This document shows, in pieces, positions 51,601 to 63,611 of a stretch of 64,000 nt of DNA. The DNA lies in assembly GCF_021869535.1 (NCBI RefSeq), contig NW_026262701.1, positions 101,122,001-101,186,000 on the forward strand. Direction: 5' to 3'. Numbering within the stretch: position 1 is the stretch's first letter; the number at the start of each line of letters is the position of its first letter. The translations under genes and the position numbers were made by a program. Below the pieces are notes generated by a model that was not told the DNA's origin, ran no database searches, and saw nothing but the letters and a program-made list of their open reading frames with translations. This stretch comes from Mytilus californianus (taxonomy: Eukaryota).

Positions 51601-54600
51601 GCTGAGTGTTCCTAGGCTAATTGGATGAAAAAGAAGAAAGAGTAATTTTGTTTTTATATGTTTTTTGTGTTATGTCTAATTGTATCTTGACTAGCAGACA
51701 TGATAACGTAACATAGAATAGGTTTAATTTTGATGATTTATATGCCCCAATTTCATCAACATTCATGTATATATAATATCAACAAAATATCAAATATTAC
51801 TACATTTTTTTGTTATTCATGTTATTGTTAGACCAGTCAGGGGTACTACTCATACAAGTGATTTCAGAAATTCATGTTATTGTTAGACCAGTCAGGGGTA
51901 CTACTCATACAAGTGATTTCAGAATCACATCTTTAGGTGATTTTGGCTTTGAAAAATTGAAAATTTTCACAAAGTAGACACAGACTTTTTAAAATCACTG
52001 AAACAAGTAATTTGAGAAGTAAAAATGTAATCACTTCATTAAGTGTTTATAACATTTTCTTGATATTTTCCCCACAAGGCTCAAGCTTAATATTTTTTAT
52101 TGGTTTAAAGACAAGGATTGCATTTAAAAAACAAATACATACATGCAGAAATTATCTTTTGCTTGATGAGCCTGTCAGTTTTGACGGTTTATCTAAAATA
52201 TGCATAAACTGGAATAATTTGTAGATCAGGATATAACCTTGAAGTAGATCATTCTAACTCTAAAGAAGACAAATCAGGTTACTTAAAATTGTTGACCTTT
52301 GTTTGATTGTAAGAGTAGTTAATGAATATTTGATTACAGAAAAATTCCCAAGGGTACTTTTAAAAGCTTTAGCGCACTAACTTATTGCCCAAGTGCACTG
52401 GTGAAATTAATATACAAGAGAAAGGGATAACTGATCTATGTAGGAAAATTAAAGAAAAATTTGTCAAAATATGGAAAGTTAATGAATTAGCATTTGAAGA
52501 TCAGAGGAAACACCAAAATCACTTAAATCGGTGATAACTGAATTGATCAAATCACTGAAATAGGTGATCATGAAATCACTTATATAAGTAGTACCCCTGA
52601 CTGTAGACTGTGAATAGAAAGTAATGTAAAGATAACAAACAATTTAATTTTGTCTATGATCCCCTTATCACAGTCACTAAAACAGTCTAAAATTTAAACA
52701 AGCAGATAATTGTCTGCAGTTCCAATTGCCATTGCAATACAACAGACCTGATTGCTATTTGGGAATCGGTGACACTTGAGTTATTGATGACTTAACAACG
52801 AACACTTTACTTTTGTGGTATCAGACTATTTGTCTTGTGATGTCAAAATTTTACTGAAACTTCTGCGATGTCCATTAATGGCAGACAAATAGCGATAAGG
52901 TGTACATGTATGGATTTTGCCATCATGTACAGCAGATTTTGACCTGAGTCTCCTATACACTTTATTGCTATTTGTATAATAAAAATTTACAGATTAATGA
53001 TTTACATGTACTAGTCATGCTAGTAGTTGATTTCTTTAATTATATTGATTTTCTATTTTCTCTTTTAATGAGTACTTTGTCCACTAAACAACTGTGTTAG
53101 TTGTCTGGTGGTAGTGTGCTTGCCTTGATTGTATTTTGGAGGTTATATGTGTTTAATCTACCACAGTCATTGTCAAACCAAATATAAAAAAGAAGATGTG
53201 GTATGCTTGCCAATGAGACAACTCTCCACAAGAGAACAAATGACACAGAAATTAACAACTATAGGTCACCGTACGGCCTTCAACAATGAGCAAAGCCCAT
53301 ACCGCACAGTCAGCTATAAAAGGCACTTAAAGACTTAAAAATCAGTGGGAAAGGGCACATGGTGATTTTGATTTCCTCTGTATATTGTTTTACTATGATG
53401 CCCCACATTCAATAGTAGAGGTAATATGTTTTTCTGTCTGTGTTTCTGTTCCTTCATCTGTCCATCCTCTTATCAGGTTAAAGTTTTGATTAAAGCTAGT
53501 TTGCCATGAAGTTGTGGTCACCTCAACTTTGAATCTAAGTGCAATTGTTTACTAGGATGTGAATTAAAAAAAAGTATTTGTCCTTATTAGGGTTTTGACC
53601 CAGATTCTGTGGTTCACTGAACATGGAAATGTAATAGTGCCAGTTTGCATGATGTCCTTTGGACATATATTCTTCTTTTACTTTTGACGGGAATTATGCT
53701 TAGCAATTTTATAAGACTGATGTGTTTATTTTACAGATTGTCTTCATGTCTCTGTTTGTTGTACCAATTAGACTTTTAATGATCTTCACTTGTCTCATAT
53801 TCGCATGGATGTTAGCCAAAGCATCATTAGCATTCCGATCTAAGGAGGAGCAGGATAAACCAATGAAAGGATGGAGAAAGTATGTACAAATAGGAAAATT
53901 TCTTAGAAGTCCTCAGAAAGTAAAATTGTTGTACTGATTAATTAGTCTTAAAGACGATTAAAAGTGATGATAAATTTTGTAGAGCAATAAAAAAAATCTC
54001 TTGTTGGAAGTCATGCTTTAAAAGGTTGTAGTTTCAAAGAAATAAGGAAAAAATTAACTTAAGACCATTTAAAAAAACGGTACTTACCATTACTAAAGAA
54101 AATATAGTATAATTCACATTAACTAAGGGTATACATCACACATGGTTTGTAATAAAAGTTTATCCAATCAATAATGGGAGACTCCTCAATGATTAAATAA
54201 TTATTACATAATTATATTTGGCATTGACTTTTTATGAACAAATGCCTTTCTTTTTTGCAATTCAGTCTTCTGCTAAACAAGATATATTATCATTTGATTA
54301 TGAAATATATGACACACATGTGTACACTACATGTGCTTTCCATATGAAGGAAGGAACATGTGTTAAATCATGTGACCAAAGTATTGGAACAAATTTTTCA
54401 ACAAATGTTATGCAAGTGCAATTCAATGTTTTATATTTTTAGTAAAAAAAATTGTGTATAGCCACCAATGTTATTTAAGTCATCCACACATGATTCAAAT
54501 ATGATTTAAATTTGAGTTTTTCTATAAACACATATGGCCGTGTCACATATGGAGCACTTATTTGAGAAGTATGATATGCCAGTACAAATATAGCTGATAC

Positions 54601-57600
54601 TTAAGACAGAAGCACATATGGGTAATTTTACATTTGTGTAATGCTTAGTACTGACAGTAACATTAATGCTTCATGCATCAATAACATTAACTTCAAAGTT
54701 TTGTCATATAAAAGGTTCATTTGATTAGTTAAAATTTTACAAAAATGGAAGGACGTACAAAAAGGTAATTGATTTTAGTACCAGCATGCACACGAATGAA
54801 TTCAATTGAAATATTTGTGACAATAAGTCATTTTGTTCTGCACATACTTTTTACAACAGTGGTTTAAAAATAAGTTTGAAATAATGATTTTAGTTGTAAC
54901 TTTTTTCTTGTAATAATCAGTACAGCTTGTTATATCACTGTGTATTGGGAAATCTTAGCATGTGTCTAATTTTCGGAGTAGACATTTTACGGCGAATTTT
55001 CCCTATAAGAGCATTTGACCGTTCATTTAAATGCATTATACAAAGCCATGAAACTTGAATAATGACCACTGTGAAGATTTTACTGTCCAATCAAAGGCTC
55101 AAACTGCAAACAAAGCCTAATGGAAAAATAGCCTGATAAACAGTTTAGAAAAAGAATAAATGTACAAATTGTTTATAAACTGACTAATTCATAAGTTGTG
55201 GTAGGCCACACCAAATTAATGTCTTGTTCTTCGAATCGCTGCTTCAAATTTCCTGATTTCATTTTTTCTTTTTTTCTTTTGCTGGGAATTTTTTTTTCAG
55301 AATTCAGATTTCAGATTTTTAAGTTACTGCATATAAATTCTACTCCCAATACTGAGTTGTATCAACAATGTGGATTTTGTTGGTCAAAATGCGAAAGTGC
55401 AAAGGCCAAATGCTATACTTTGTCAGAGTAAGGATACAATATTGATGTCTGTTTTGTTGAAAAAAGTTAGGGGAAACTACAACACATTTTTGAATGTTGA
55501 GATTCAAAGTTCATTGTCAAACGGGAAATGGGGAAATGGAGTTTTCATAGGATGTCAAGTAATTGCCTGATTCAGTAAACAATATTGTTTTATTTTGAAC
55601 TGATTTGAAATCTTCCCTTTTTAATCATAGACTCAAAACACAAAAGCTGTGATATCAATAACATATAAATATTGACTACATTCACTGCAACACACAAATA
55701 AAAACTCTAAAATTTAAGTGATACTAGTATAAAGATACCTGCGAATTTTGTAATGCTACTTATATTGTAACTTTCACTTCAATGACAGACACATAAAAAT
55801 TGGTATCGCTTCATACATGTCATAAAAAAATCCCCCCCTATTTTCATCTGAAAAATCGGAAGAACAATTATGTTTTTTGGTGTGGCCTTATTGGATGTTT
55901 TAGAGTGATCAATTTGGATTTTTTGCACCTAATAGTTTGATGGAATGTTAATTTTAAATTGTATATTTCAATTGTAATTTAGCATGATGTTCTGAGTTTG
56001 TTTGCAGTACTGCTTCTGTTCACTGTAGTGTCATGAATGTACTTTATAAGAAAAAAAAAACAAATGCTCATATGCATATCTTGTATACGTAAATGTTTAA
56101 AATTCTTTTCCTGGATAATTTTCTATATGAAGGAAAACATAGGAATTAAACAAACTAGAAATAAATCTGTGAAAAAAATGCTCAAAAATGTTTAAACCTT
56201 CCACTCATTTGCCAAATGACAAAGTGCACTAGATTTATTGCTTTGAGATAAGAGTAAGTCAGTTACTTGTGTAAAGCAGATGCTTTACAATGATAAAAAA
56301 GAATAACAAAGAAAAGAAAAATAATGTATATTACTAGTTAGATAAAACTAACTCAATATATGCCCAAAGGCTTTTCGTAAATAAGCAGAAAAAAATACAC
56401 ACAAAAATATGAATATTACATGAGTGTACTGGAAGCTCACTGTGAAAACACAGTATTTTCAGGGTTGTTACACAGAAAAACCAAAAAAATAAAATCCCGC
56501 CCAACAAAATCCTAGAATTAATAGGGTAGAAACCCTGAATATAATTACATGTATTTCTTTTTTTTTCTTAACATAAATTCTATTAATATGATTACCACCT
56601 CGGTGGTCTTGTAGCGTGCTTGCCAGTTGCCTCCAGCGGGGAGATAGTGGGTTCAATATCTAGCTAGGTGAAAAACTTTAAAATTGATGTTTGCTGCTTC
56701 TCTGTTATAAAGCACATGGTATTAAGGAGTAACAGCAAGAAGACTGGTCTGTTCAAGTTAGAATAAAGTATCTGGGTAGGGTGACATGTCTTCCTATTGA
56801 CTGTTACCTTGTGAACTAGCGCACCTAGTCGACTTGTGCAAAGCAGGTTTCATATTCACATCACATTAACATGTTCTTGGTCTGAATATGCATTTTTGAA
56901 ATTTGCCACTGGACCTAATCAGTAACCCATCCATCATCAGGAATAACAAGATTTACAGGATTCATAGTTAATTTACTTGATTAGATTTTACACATCATAA
57001 CATGTTCTATCATTATCATAGTCATATTGTATATATAACATATTTAATGTCATCTAATTCTAGCATGCTACGACCAGTAATTGTTTTGTTTTGCCAAGGC
57101 GTGTTTTTGATGGGAGGATTTTGGATAACAGTGAAAGGAAAGCTGGCCAGCTGCAAGGAGGGACCAATAATTGCTTTAGCACCTCATTCATCGTATTTTG
57201 ATAGTCTTGTCATCGTATATCTAAACCTGTCAACTATTGTTGTTAAATCATCCACTGAATTCATTCCTATATTTGGAAGTAAGATAATTGTTTAGTTCCT
57301 ATATTTTGAAGTAAGATAATCGTTTAGAAACTTTTTTCTTAGGGAAATTAAAAGACTTATTTTCTCATCCTGTTGAACTTGAAATTGACCTGGCATGTTT
57401 GGTGCTCTTTTGTAGTAAATTTTCTATGGTTATTCAAAGGTCGAAATAGATACCTATATATATTTAATGTTGTGTAAGAAAAATATATTTATTAACAAAT
57501 TCTTTAATGAGCAATTTTGTTTTCTGGTTTGCTTAATATCATGGCTTTATTTCATTCAAGCCTTGTTTCTTTTATGATACAAATAGACCATGCTGCTGTT

Positions 57601-60600
57601 CAGCTTTGCCTCAGTCTGTTGCTTTTACTAAATATGACCAATATTTGGAATTTAATAATCAGTATTCATGCTATTAACAATCAAAATTTATTCATTGCCA
57701 TGATTAACTAATGTTTTGGAATATAAATTAGAATTGATATTAGTTTGATACTCTGTAGTAAACAATCCTTTATAGATACCTGCATGTAATGATCTTATAT
57801 AGCTTTTTGTATGTCTCTCCTTGCAGAATGCTGATTGGATAACTTTAAATGTTGTCATAATAATGGGGTATGGTCGTTCATGCTTTCATCATAGCATTTA
57901 TCATTTATCACGCATGTTTCATTTTTAATATGCTTGCAAAACAGCAGCTTTCACAAACGACTAGAATTAGATTGAAATATGTCACAATTTAAAGTATTTA
58001 TCTTCACATGTGATTACAGCTGTGATTTGAATCGTACTTTTTATAATGCATGTTTATTGTTATTTAAGGACGTTATTCCACAAAACTATCATGTATCTAG
58101 GAAGGGCCATTTGCTTTTTCTATGGATTCCAAAATGTAAAAGTTAAAGGCCAACCAGTAGGATCCGATGTAGCACCAATGTTGGTCTGTGCACCACATTC
58201 CACGTTCATGGATGCTTTTGTTATATTTTACTGTTCCACACTTCCTAGCAGTCTCTCTAGGAAAGAAAATTCAGCTTTACCAATTTTGGGATGTAGGTAT
58301 ATCGTGCATCACATCATATATGAATTGTTGGAATTCCCTTATGGTAATATTAACAGTGTAATGTCTGATTTTAACATATTCAGAAAGTTCGTACCAATTT
58401 TTATATATCTAATCTCTTAAACGTTTGTATTAATAAACATGTTTTTGAGTACCAGATTTAAAAGACATTATAAGGCATATGGCACCATTGTTTATCTATA
58501 AGTACATCAGATTTAGTTTTACTTCTTGTCTTGTTTTCCTGATTTGGTCTTAATCTTCTTCAGTGATTACCTAGCCAATTTTTACCTAATGAACTTGTTG
58601 ATTAAACTTTTACTGATGTCCTCTGGACCAGCCAACATGACCCCTTTGACTGAGAAGAATAATATAGTCAATAATCAAACAAAATTATTGTCAAGGAGAG
58701 AAATGTTTTTCCAGTCAATAGCTGATTGTACTGTTTTTTTGAAAGTGTATGATTAAATTTCATGTGAGGATTTCAGGCCCACATCTGTTTAGATACAATT
58801 ACTGAGTATAGTATCATGATGTTTTACTGATTATAGTATCAGTCATATATTTGCTGTTTTAATTCATTTGTGATGATAGGCTAATATATTTCATATAGTT
58901 AAAAAAGATGTGTTAAATAACAAATTATTTATTAAACTAACTCTTGGAAACTGTTAGTTTTAGATTTGACATACACTCTTTGAACAGAATGACATAGGGA
59001 AATGGAATCTAATGGTCTGACAGATTGATACTGTGAACATTTTGGATACCTTTTTTGTGTAAAAATTTTGAAATAATTTTACATTTTTTTAAGGCATTAA
59101 GGCCTTTTCCATTAGTGATTGTCAGTGTATACTACAGTGACTTAATACAGAATTTGATTTAAAGTCTTAAGTACCATTTTTCACTTTTTGTGTTATTAAT
59201 TCTAATGAGAGGATGCATGTTAACCAGGACTGCATCACATTTCACTGATTACAGTTCCCATGACCTATATGTTTTATGCATGTCACTGATTACAGTTCCC
59301 GTGATCTATATGTTTTATGCATGTCACTGATGAGTGAATGGATAAGTTTGTGTTTAGTTGAAATCAGTCAACACATGATTCTTGTGCAAACAGTAGACCA
59401 CAAGAAGCAATATTAGAATATTGGTTATGTTTGTTCTTGTCAGAACCTTTGTACTATATCTTATATTTTATTGGAAATAATTAGTTAACTTTTTAACTAG
59501 TGCGTTAAGATATCTCAGAGTATCCTTCCAATTTTGAACTGATATTATAAAGCAACTTCTGTTCGAAACTAGTTCTAACAACAGAAAGTTTATCATAAAG
59601 TACGCTTTTACAAATGAATGATCATTTGTTGGTCACAAATTCAAATTTCAACATTTATGTAAATGGTTGTGTGTTAGTCACAAATTCATATTTCCACATC
59701 CACTTTAATATCCATATGTAGGTCACAAATTCATATTTCCATGTCCACGTAAATAGCCATGTGTCAGTCACAAATTCATATTTCTATCTCCACGTAAATA
59801 GCCATGTGTCAGTCACAAATTTATAGTTTCACATCCACGTAAATAAATATCCATGTGTCAGTCGCAATTTATATTTTCACATCCACGTAAATATCCATGT
59901 GTCATCCAAAAATTCATATTTCCACATCCACATGAATATCCATGTGTTAGTCGTGAAATTCATATTTCCACATCCACATAAATTGCCGTGTCAGTCACAA
60001 ATTCATATTTCTACATCCACGTAAATAGCAGCTGTAAATAGCCATGGGTCAGTCACAAATTCATATTTCCACATCCATGTAAATAGCCATGTGTCAGTTA
60101 CAAATTCATAATTCCATGTCCACGTAAATAGCCATGTGTCAGTCACAAATTCATATTTCCACATCCACGGAAATTTCCATGTTAGTCACAAATTCATATT
60201 TCTACATCTACGCAAGTAGCCATGTGACAGTCACACATTCATATTTCCACATCCACTTAAATAGCCATGTGTCAGTCACAAATTCATATTTCCACATCCA
60301 CGGAAATTGCCATGTTAGTCACAAATTCATATTTCTACATCTACGCAAGTAGCCATGTGACAGTCACACATTCATATTTCCACATCCACTTAAATAGCCA
60401 TGTGTCAGTCACAAATTCATATTTCCACATATAGGTCATTAGCCATGTGTTAGTCACATATTCATATTTCCACATCCACGTAAACAGCCATGTGTCAATC
60501 ACTAATTCATATTCCCTGATTCATGTAAATAACCATGTGTCTTTGACAAATTCCTGTTAATATGCAGCAGTTTTCCTATATCCAATTTTTCCATTTTCAT

Positions 60601-63600
60601 CGTGTAATCATTATAAAGTGAAAGTCTTCAGAGAACACCAGAATTATCAATAAAAAGGAGCTTTTATTAAGTGCTAGTTGTATTATGATTTGAGTTTTAA
60701 ATGGCTTTCATGTGCTGTGGGTATTTTGTTGGTTTTAACAATGCATGTTTATGTTTAGTTTGGTTTACCTGTATGTGTAGTAACCTATTAAGTTTGATAA
60801 CTGGATGAATTGCCTGTTTCATAATTTCAGCATTTCTTACCTGTAAATAACTGCATTGATTTTACTTAATAATCAACAGTATTATTTGTAAATGTAAGCC
60901 TAACTTTACAAAATATTGAATTCTAATATTGACTTACTTTAAATTTCAATATCAACCTGAATATGTTAGATTATTTTCAAAGTGACAGTAGACAGCTATC
61001 AATCAATCAATCAATTTTCAATATTTGTAGTTTTAAAACATTTCACTAAAACAATATGATTATCAAATATGTTTGATCAGATCAATTTAAACAACAAATG
61101 TACTGTGGATTTATTTATTTTCATGGGTACCAATTTTCGTGATTGAAGAAATATTGTTTTTGTTGAATCTTGATTTTGTGGATTTGCCAAAGATTAATTC
61201 ATACTTCAAGTTACTTTGCATCTACCTACGAAATCCACAATAATTGGTATCCAAAGAATAATTATGAATCCACAGTAATTTGTATTTATTCTCAGGATTC
61301 TGTATTCAGAATGTTGTGCTTTTCAGCTCTTATAGAATATACTCAGCCATTATATGTGCAACGAGAAGATCCCAATTCCAGAAAAAATATAATGAAAGAA
61401 ATGACTAGAAGAGCCAAGACTATGGGAGAATGGCCTCAAATTATTATTTTTCCTGAAGGAACATGTACTAATAGATCATGTTTAATAGGCTTCAAACAAG
61501 GTAAACATCCTCATTAGGTCAAATGCAATAAAAAAATCTTTGCTTCAATATAAAAAAATGATGGTTTGTACTCTGTCCTCCATCTTAAGTTACGGTGTAA
61601 GGTGTCTTTTAGCATTGAACGACAGGAATCTAATTCTCCAAATTATAGATAAAACAAATATTCAGGGTAAACCTTCATGAAACAACATCAGACAAGGGTC
61701 AAACAAAGAAAATGTGATCATAATACTTAAGTGTCAAGTTTCAGTATAACACAATAACATTAATGATACCAATTTTTCTGCACCAGATGCACATTTCAAT
61801 AATAAATGTCTCTTCAATGATGCTTGAGGCCTTGTATTAGATTGGAATATAAAAATTATTCTTCATTCTTAACTGATGATAACAGTTAATAACAATAATA
61901 TTCTTTATTCAGAAAGCAATGCAGCTTCTAGATAACAAAAAATATCACAGTAAGCATCACATAGTACAATTTACTAATTGATTTATACAATTTATTACAA
62001 TTTCAGAGCTTTATAAATTAAACATATTCAAGAGTTTTCAAATATTTTAATAGCAGTGTATAGATACTATCCAATATTATTTTCAAAAGTTCTTTTATAT
62101 TTTGAACATATATATCAATTGTAAATATTTTAAATGCGGATAGATTCCTTGAGTTATAAGGTTTGAAATAAATCGTGCAAACATCTTTATATTTCTTCAT
62201 TCCAAAAATGAGAATGATATTCATTCTCTATAAAATTACAGTCACACATATTAAATAATCTACGCATGTCCGTTTATATTAAAATATATTTTGGTTTAAA
62301 TGTTCAAGTTATGTGCATGTAAACAATATTTTTAACCACAGATTATATATTTCAGTCAATTATGTCATTTTAAAAGTAGATGTAAATCAGTTAAATTTAG
62401 ATGTATTTAGAAGTTTATATTTCAGGAAGACTTAAAATACAAATATGAATACTATTAAGAAGGATTATTTTGTGATTCATCATAGAATTGAATGTTGCTT
62501 TTCCAAAACTCATATGAAAGGAAAGCAAATGATCATCAAGTTTTATTTTTGCAAAACCTATCCTGTCCCAATTTTCAAAATAACAAAAACATCACAAAAT
62601 ATTTTGAATTTAGATAATTATTGACCACTGTTATACTTTTTTGCAGGTGCTTTTTATCCTGGAGTGCCTGTTCAACCAGTTTGTATAAGATACCTTAATA
62701 GTTTGGTAAGTAGTAATTCTAGAACTATAGACCCATCAAGGATATGTTTATATTATTATACCCCCTCTTTCTAAAGTGGCAGTATTTAGTGATGGGGGGA
62801 GTCAGTCTATACATTCATTGATCAGTCTGTCAGTTTGTTCTTCTGTCCTCCTTTGTATCTACAACAGCTCCTGACTGGCTGGACAGAATGTATTGTTTCT
62901 TTATCTGAATGATATATGGGGTTTACTTTGGGATAATATGGACGTAGTGATATCTGCACCCTATTAGAAATAAGGAGATGTGGTATGATTGCCAATGAGA
63001 CAGCTATCCACCAAAGTTCAAATGAAGTGGATGTAAGCAATTATAGGCAACCAAACAGCCTTCAACAATGAGAAAAACCCATACCCTATAGTCAGCTATA
63101 AAAGGCCCCGACATGAAAAATATGAAACATTTCAATCGAGAAAACTAACGGCCTAATTTATAACAAAACAATTTAAGAAAACAAATATGACAGACATGAA
63201 TCAACAACGACCACTAAACTACAGGCTCCTGACTTGGGACAGGCACACAAAGAATACGGCGGGGTTAAACATGTTTGTGAGTGCTCAACCCTCCCCTAAC
63301 CTGGGACAGTGGTGTTACAGCACAACACAAGAACCAAACTATAAAAATCAGTTGAAAAGGGCTCAACTAATCAGAATGATACAAAGCAGAAAAACATTGT
63401 TCACATTTAGGATCCGCAACTTCTCCTTAAACCCTTATTACAATTTATTGAAACTAAGACATCTACTGATGAGCTTTGGTAAACTTTGAACAGGCTAAAA
63501 CATGTGATGGGGTTAATACTAGAATTTTAAGCACTCAACCCTTACTTTTTTAATATAATATTTTTTTTTATAATAGGATACATATACATGGACCTGGGAA

Positions 63601-63611
63601 GGACCAGGAGC
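48658..63611 (+). CDS. LPCAT1/2: Lysophosphatidylcholine acyltransferase (LPCAT1/2 family), 5' part (continues beyond the right edge). Exons: 48658-48762, 53737-53879, [57064-57278 OR 58069-58292], 61327-61500, 62647-62705, 63577-63611
   Basis: In-frame GT-AG exons encode NPFVHKIHLSFMQKIQ, a TM segment, the HxxxxD motif, QPLYVQRED, GEWPQIIIFPEGTCTNRSCL, GAFYPGVPVQPV and DTYTWTWEGPG, collinear with the recalled vertebrate LPCAT1/LPCAT2. Confidence 0.95.
48875..51158. mobile_element. CCCnGGGGGGTTACT-ended MITE in an (AT)n site, interrupted by a LINE
   Basis: Left end CCCCGG(G)nTTACT, right end AGTAACCCCCCTGGG, both flanked by ATATAT. Internal TAGAACAGGGT repeats occur on both sides of the LINE. 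Confidence 0.75.
48965..50752 (-). mobile_element. 5'-truncated CR1/L2-like non-LTR retrotransposon (reverse transcriptase with two frameshifts)
   Basis: RT motifs KAMGPDGI, NYRPVSLT, LDFEKAFDTV, GVPQGTVLGP, LFADD, YLGV and WDP. There is a 4-nt insertion just after FADD and a 1-nt loss near 49652. The 3' tail is (ATCAAG)n, and TGCCCT lies on both flanks. Confidence 0.92.
51218..51635. mobile_element. Left-end fragment of the 43086-44106 transposon family
   Basis: Starts GAATTATAGATATCTCGTACC with tandemly amplified AACTCGTACCA-containing units. Homology extends to about 51635 and no right end was found. Confidence 0.75.
51889..52603. mobile_element. 715-bp MITE with CAGTCAGGGGTACTACT termini and a 5-bp TSD; the left end is tandemly duplicated (55-bp period, from 51815)
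   Basis: TAGAC|CAGTCAGGGGTACTACTCATACAAGTGATTTC ... GAAATCACTTATATAAGTAGTACCCCTGACTG|TAGAC. Confidence 0.8.
55202..55890. mobile_element. AGGCCACACCAAA-ended MITE
   Basis: TAGGCCACACCAAA ... TTTGGTGTGGCCTTA terminal inverted repeat. Confidence 0.7.
56590..56925 (+). mobile_element. Degenerate copy of the tRNA-derived SINE, about 140 nt upstream of LPCAT exon 3a
   Basis: Head CCTCGGTGGTCTTGTAGCG...GGGTTCAAT and core AAAATTGATGTTTGCTGCTTC...AAGACTGG, homologous to 7470-7822. Confidence 0.7.
57064..57278 (+). CDS. LPCAT1/2: LPCAT alternative catalytic exon 3a (LPCAT1-like), 215 nt
   Basis: TTCTAG|C...GGA A|GTAAGA. Phase 2 in, phase 1 out. Encodes MLRPVIVLFCQGVFLMGGFWITVKGKLASCKEGPIIALAPHSSYFDSLVIVYLNLSTIVVKSSTEFIPIFG. 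Confidence 0.9.
58069..58292 (+). CDS. LPCAT1/2: LPCAT alternative catalytic exon 3b (LPCAT2-like), 224 nt
   Basis: TTTAAG|G...GGA T|GTAGGT. Phase 2 in, phase 1 out. Encodes TLFHKTIMYLGRAICFFYGFQNVKVKGQPVGSDVAPMLVCAPHSTFMDAFVIFYCSTLPSSLSRKENSALPILG. Confidence 0.9.
59625..60550. repeat. 45-bp minisatellite, about 19-20 degenerate copies
   Basis: Consensus GTCAGTCACAAATTCATATTTCCACATCCACGTAAATAGCCATGT, head-to-tail without spacers. Confidence 0.92.
62970..63375 (+). repeat. Abundant interspersed repeat family; other copies at ~32345-32630, ~53187-53330 and, reversed, ~9890-10126
   Basis: Shared GATGTGGTATGATTGCCAATGAGACA...GCCTTCAACAATGAG...CAGCTATAAAAGG block. Confidence 0.7.

Noticed and set aside
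57064-58292. Exons 3a and 3b as consecutive constitutive exons, or as parts of two separate paralogous genes
   Set aside because: Joining them shifts the frame (phase 1 out, phase 2 in) and duplicates the catalytic motif. Only one set of flanking exons exists, so they fit alternatives within one gene.
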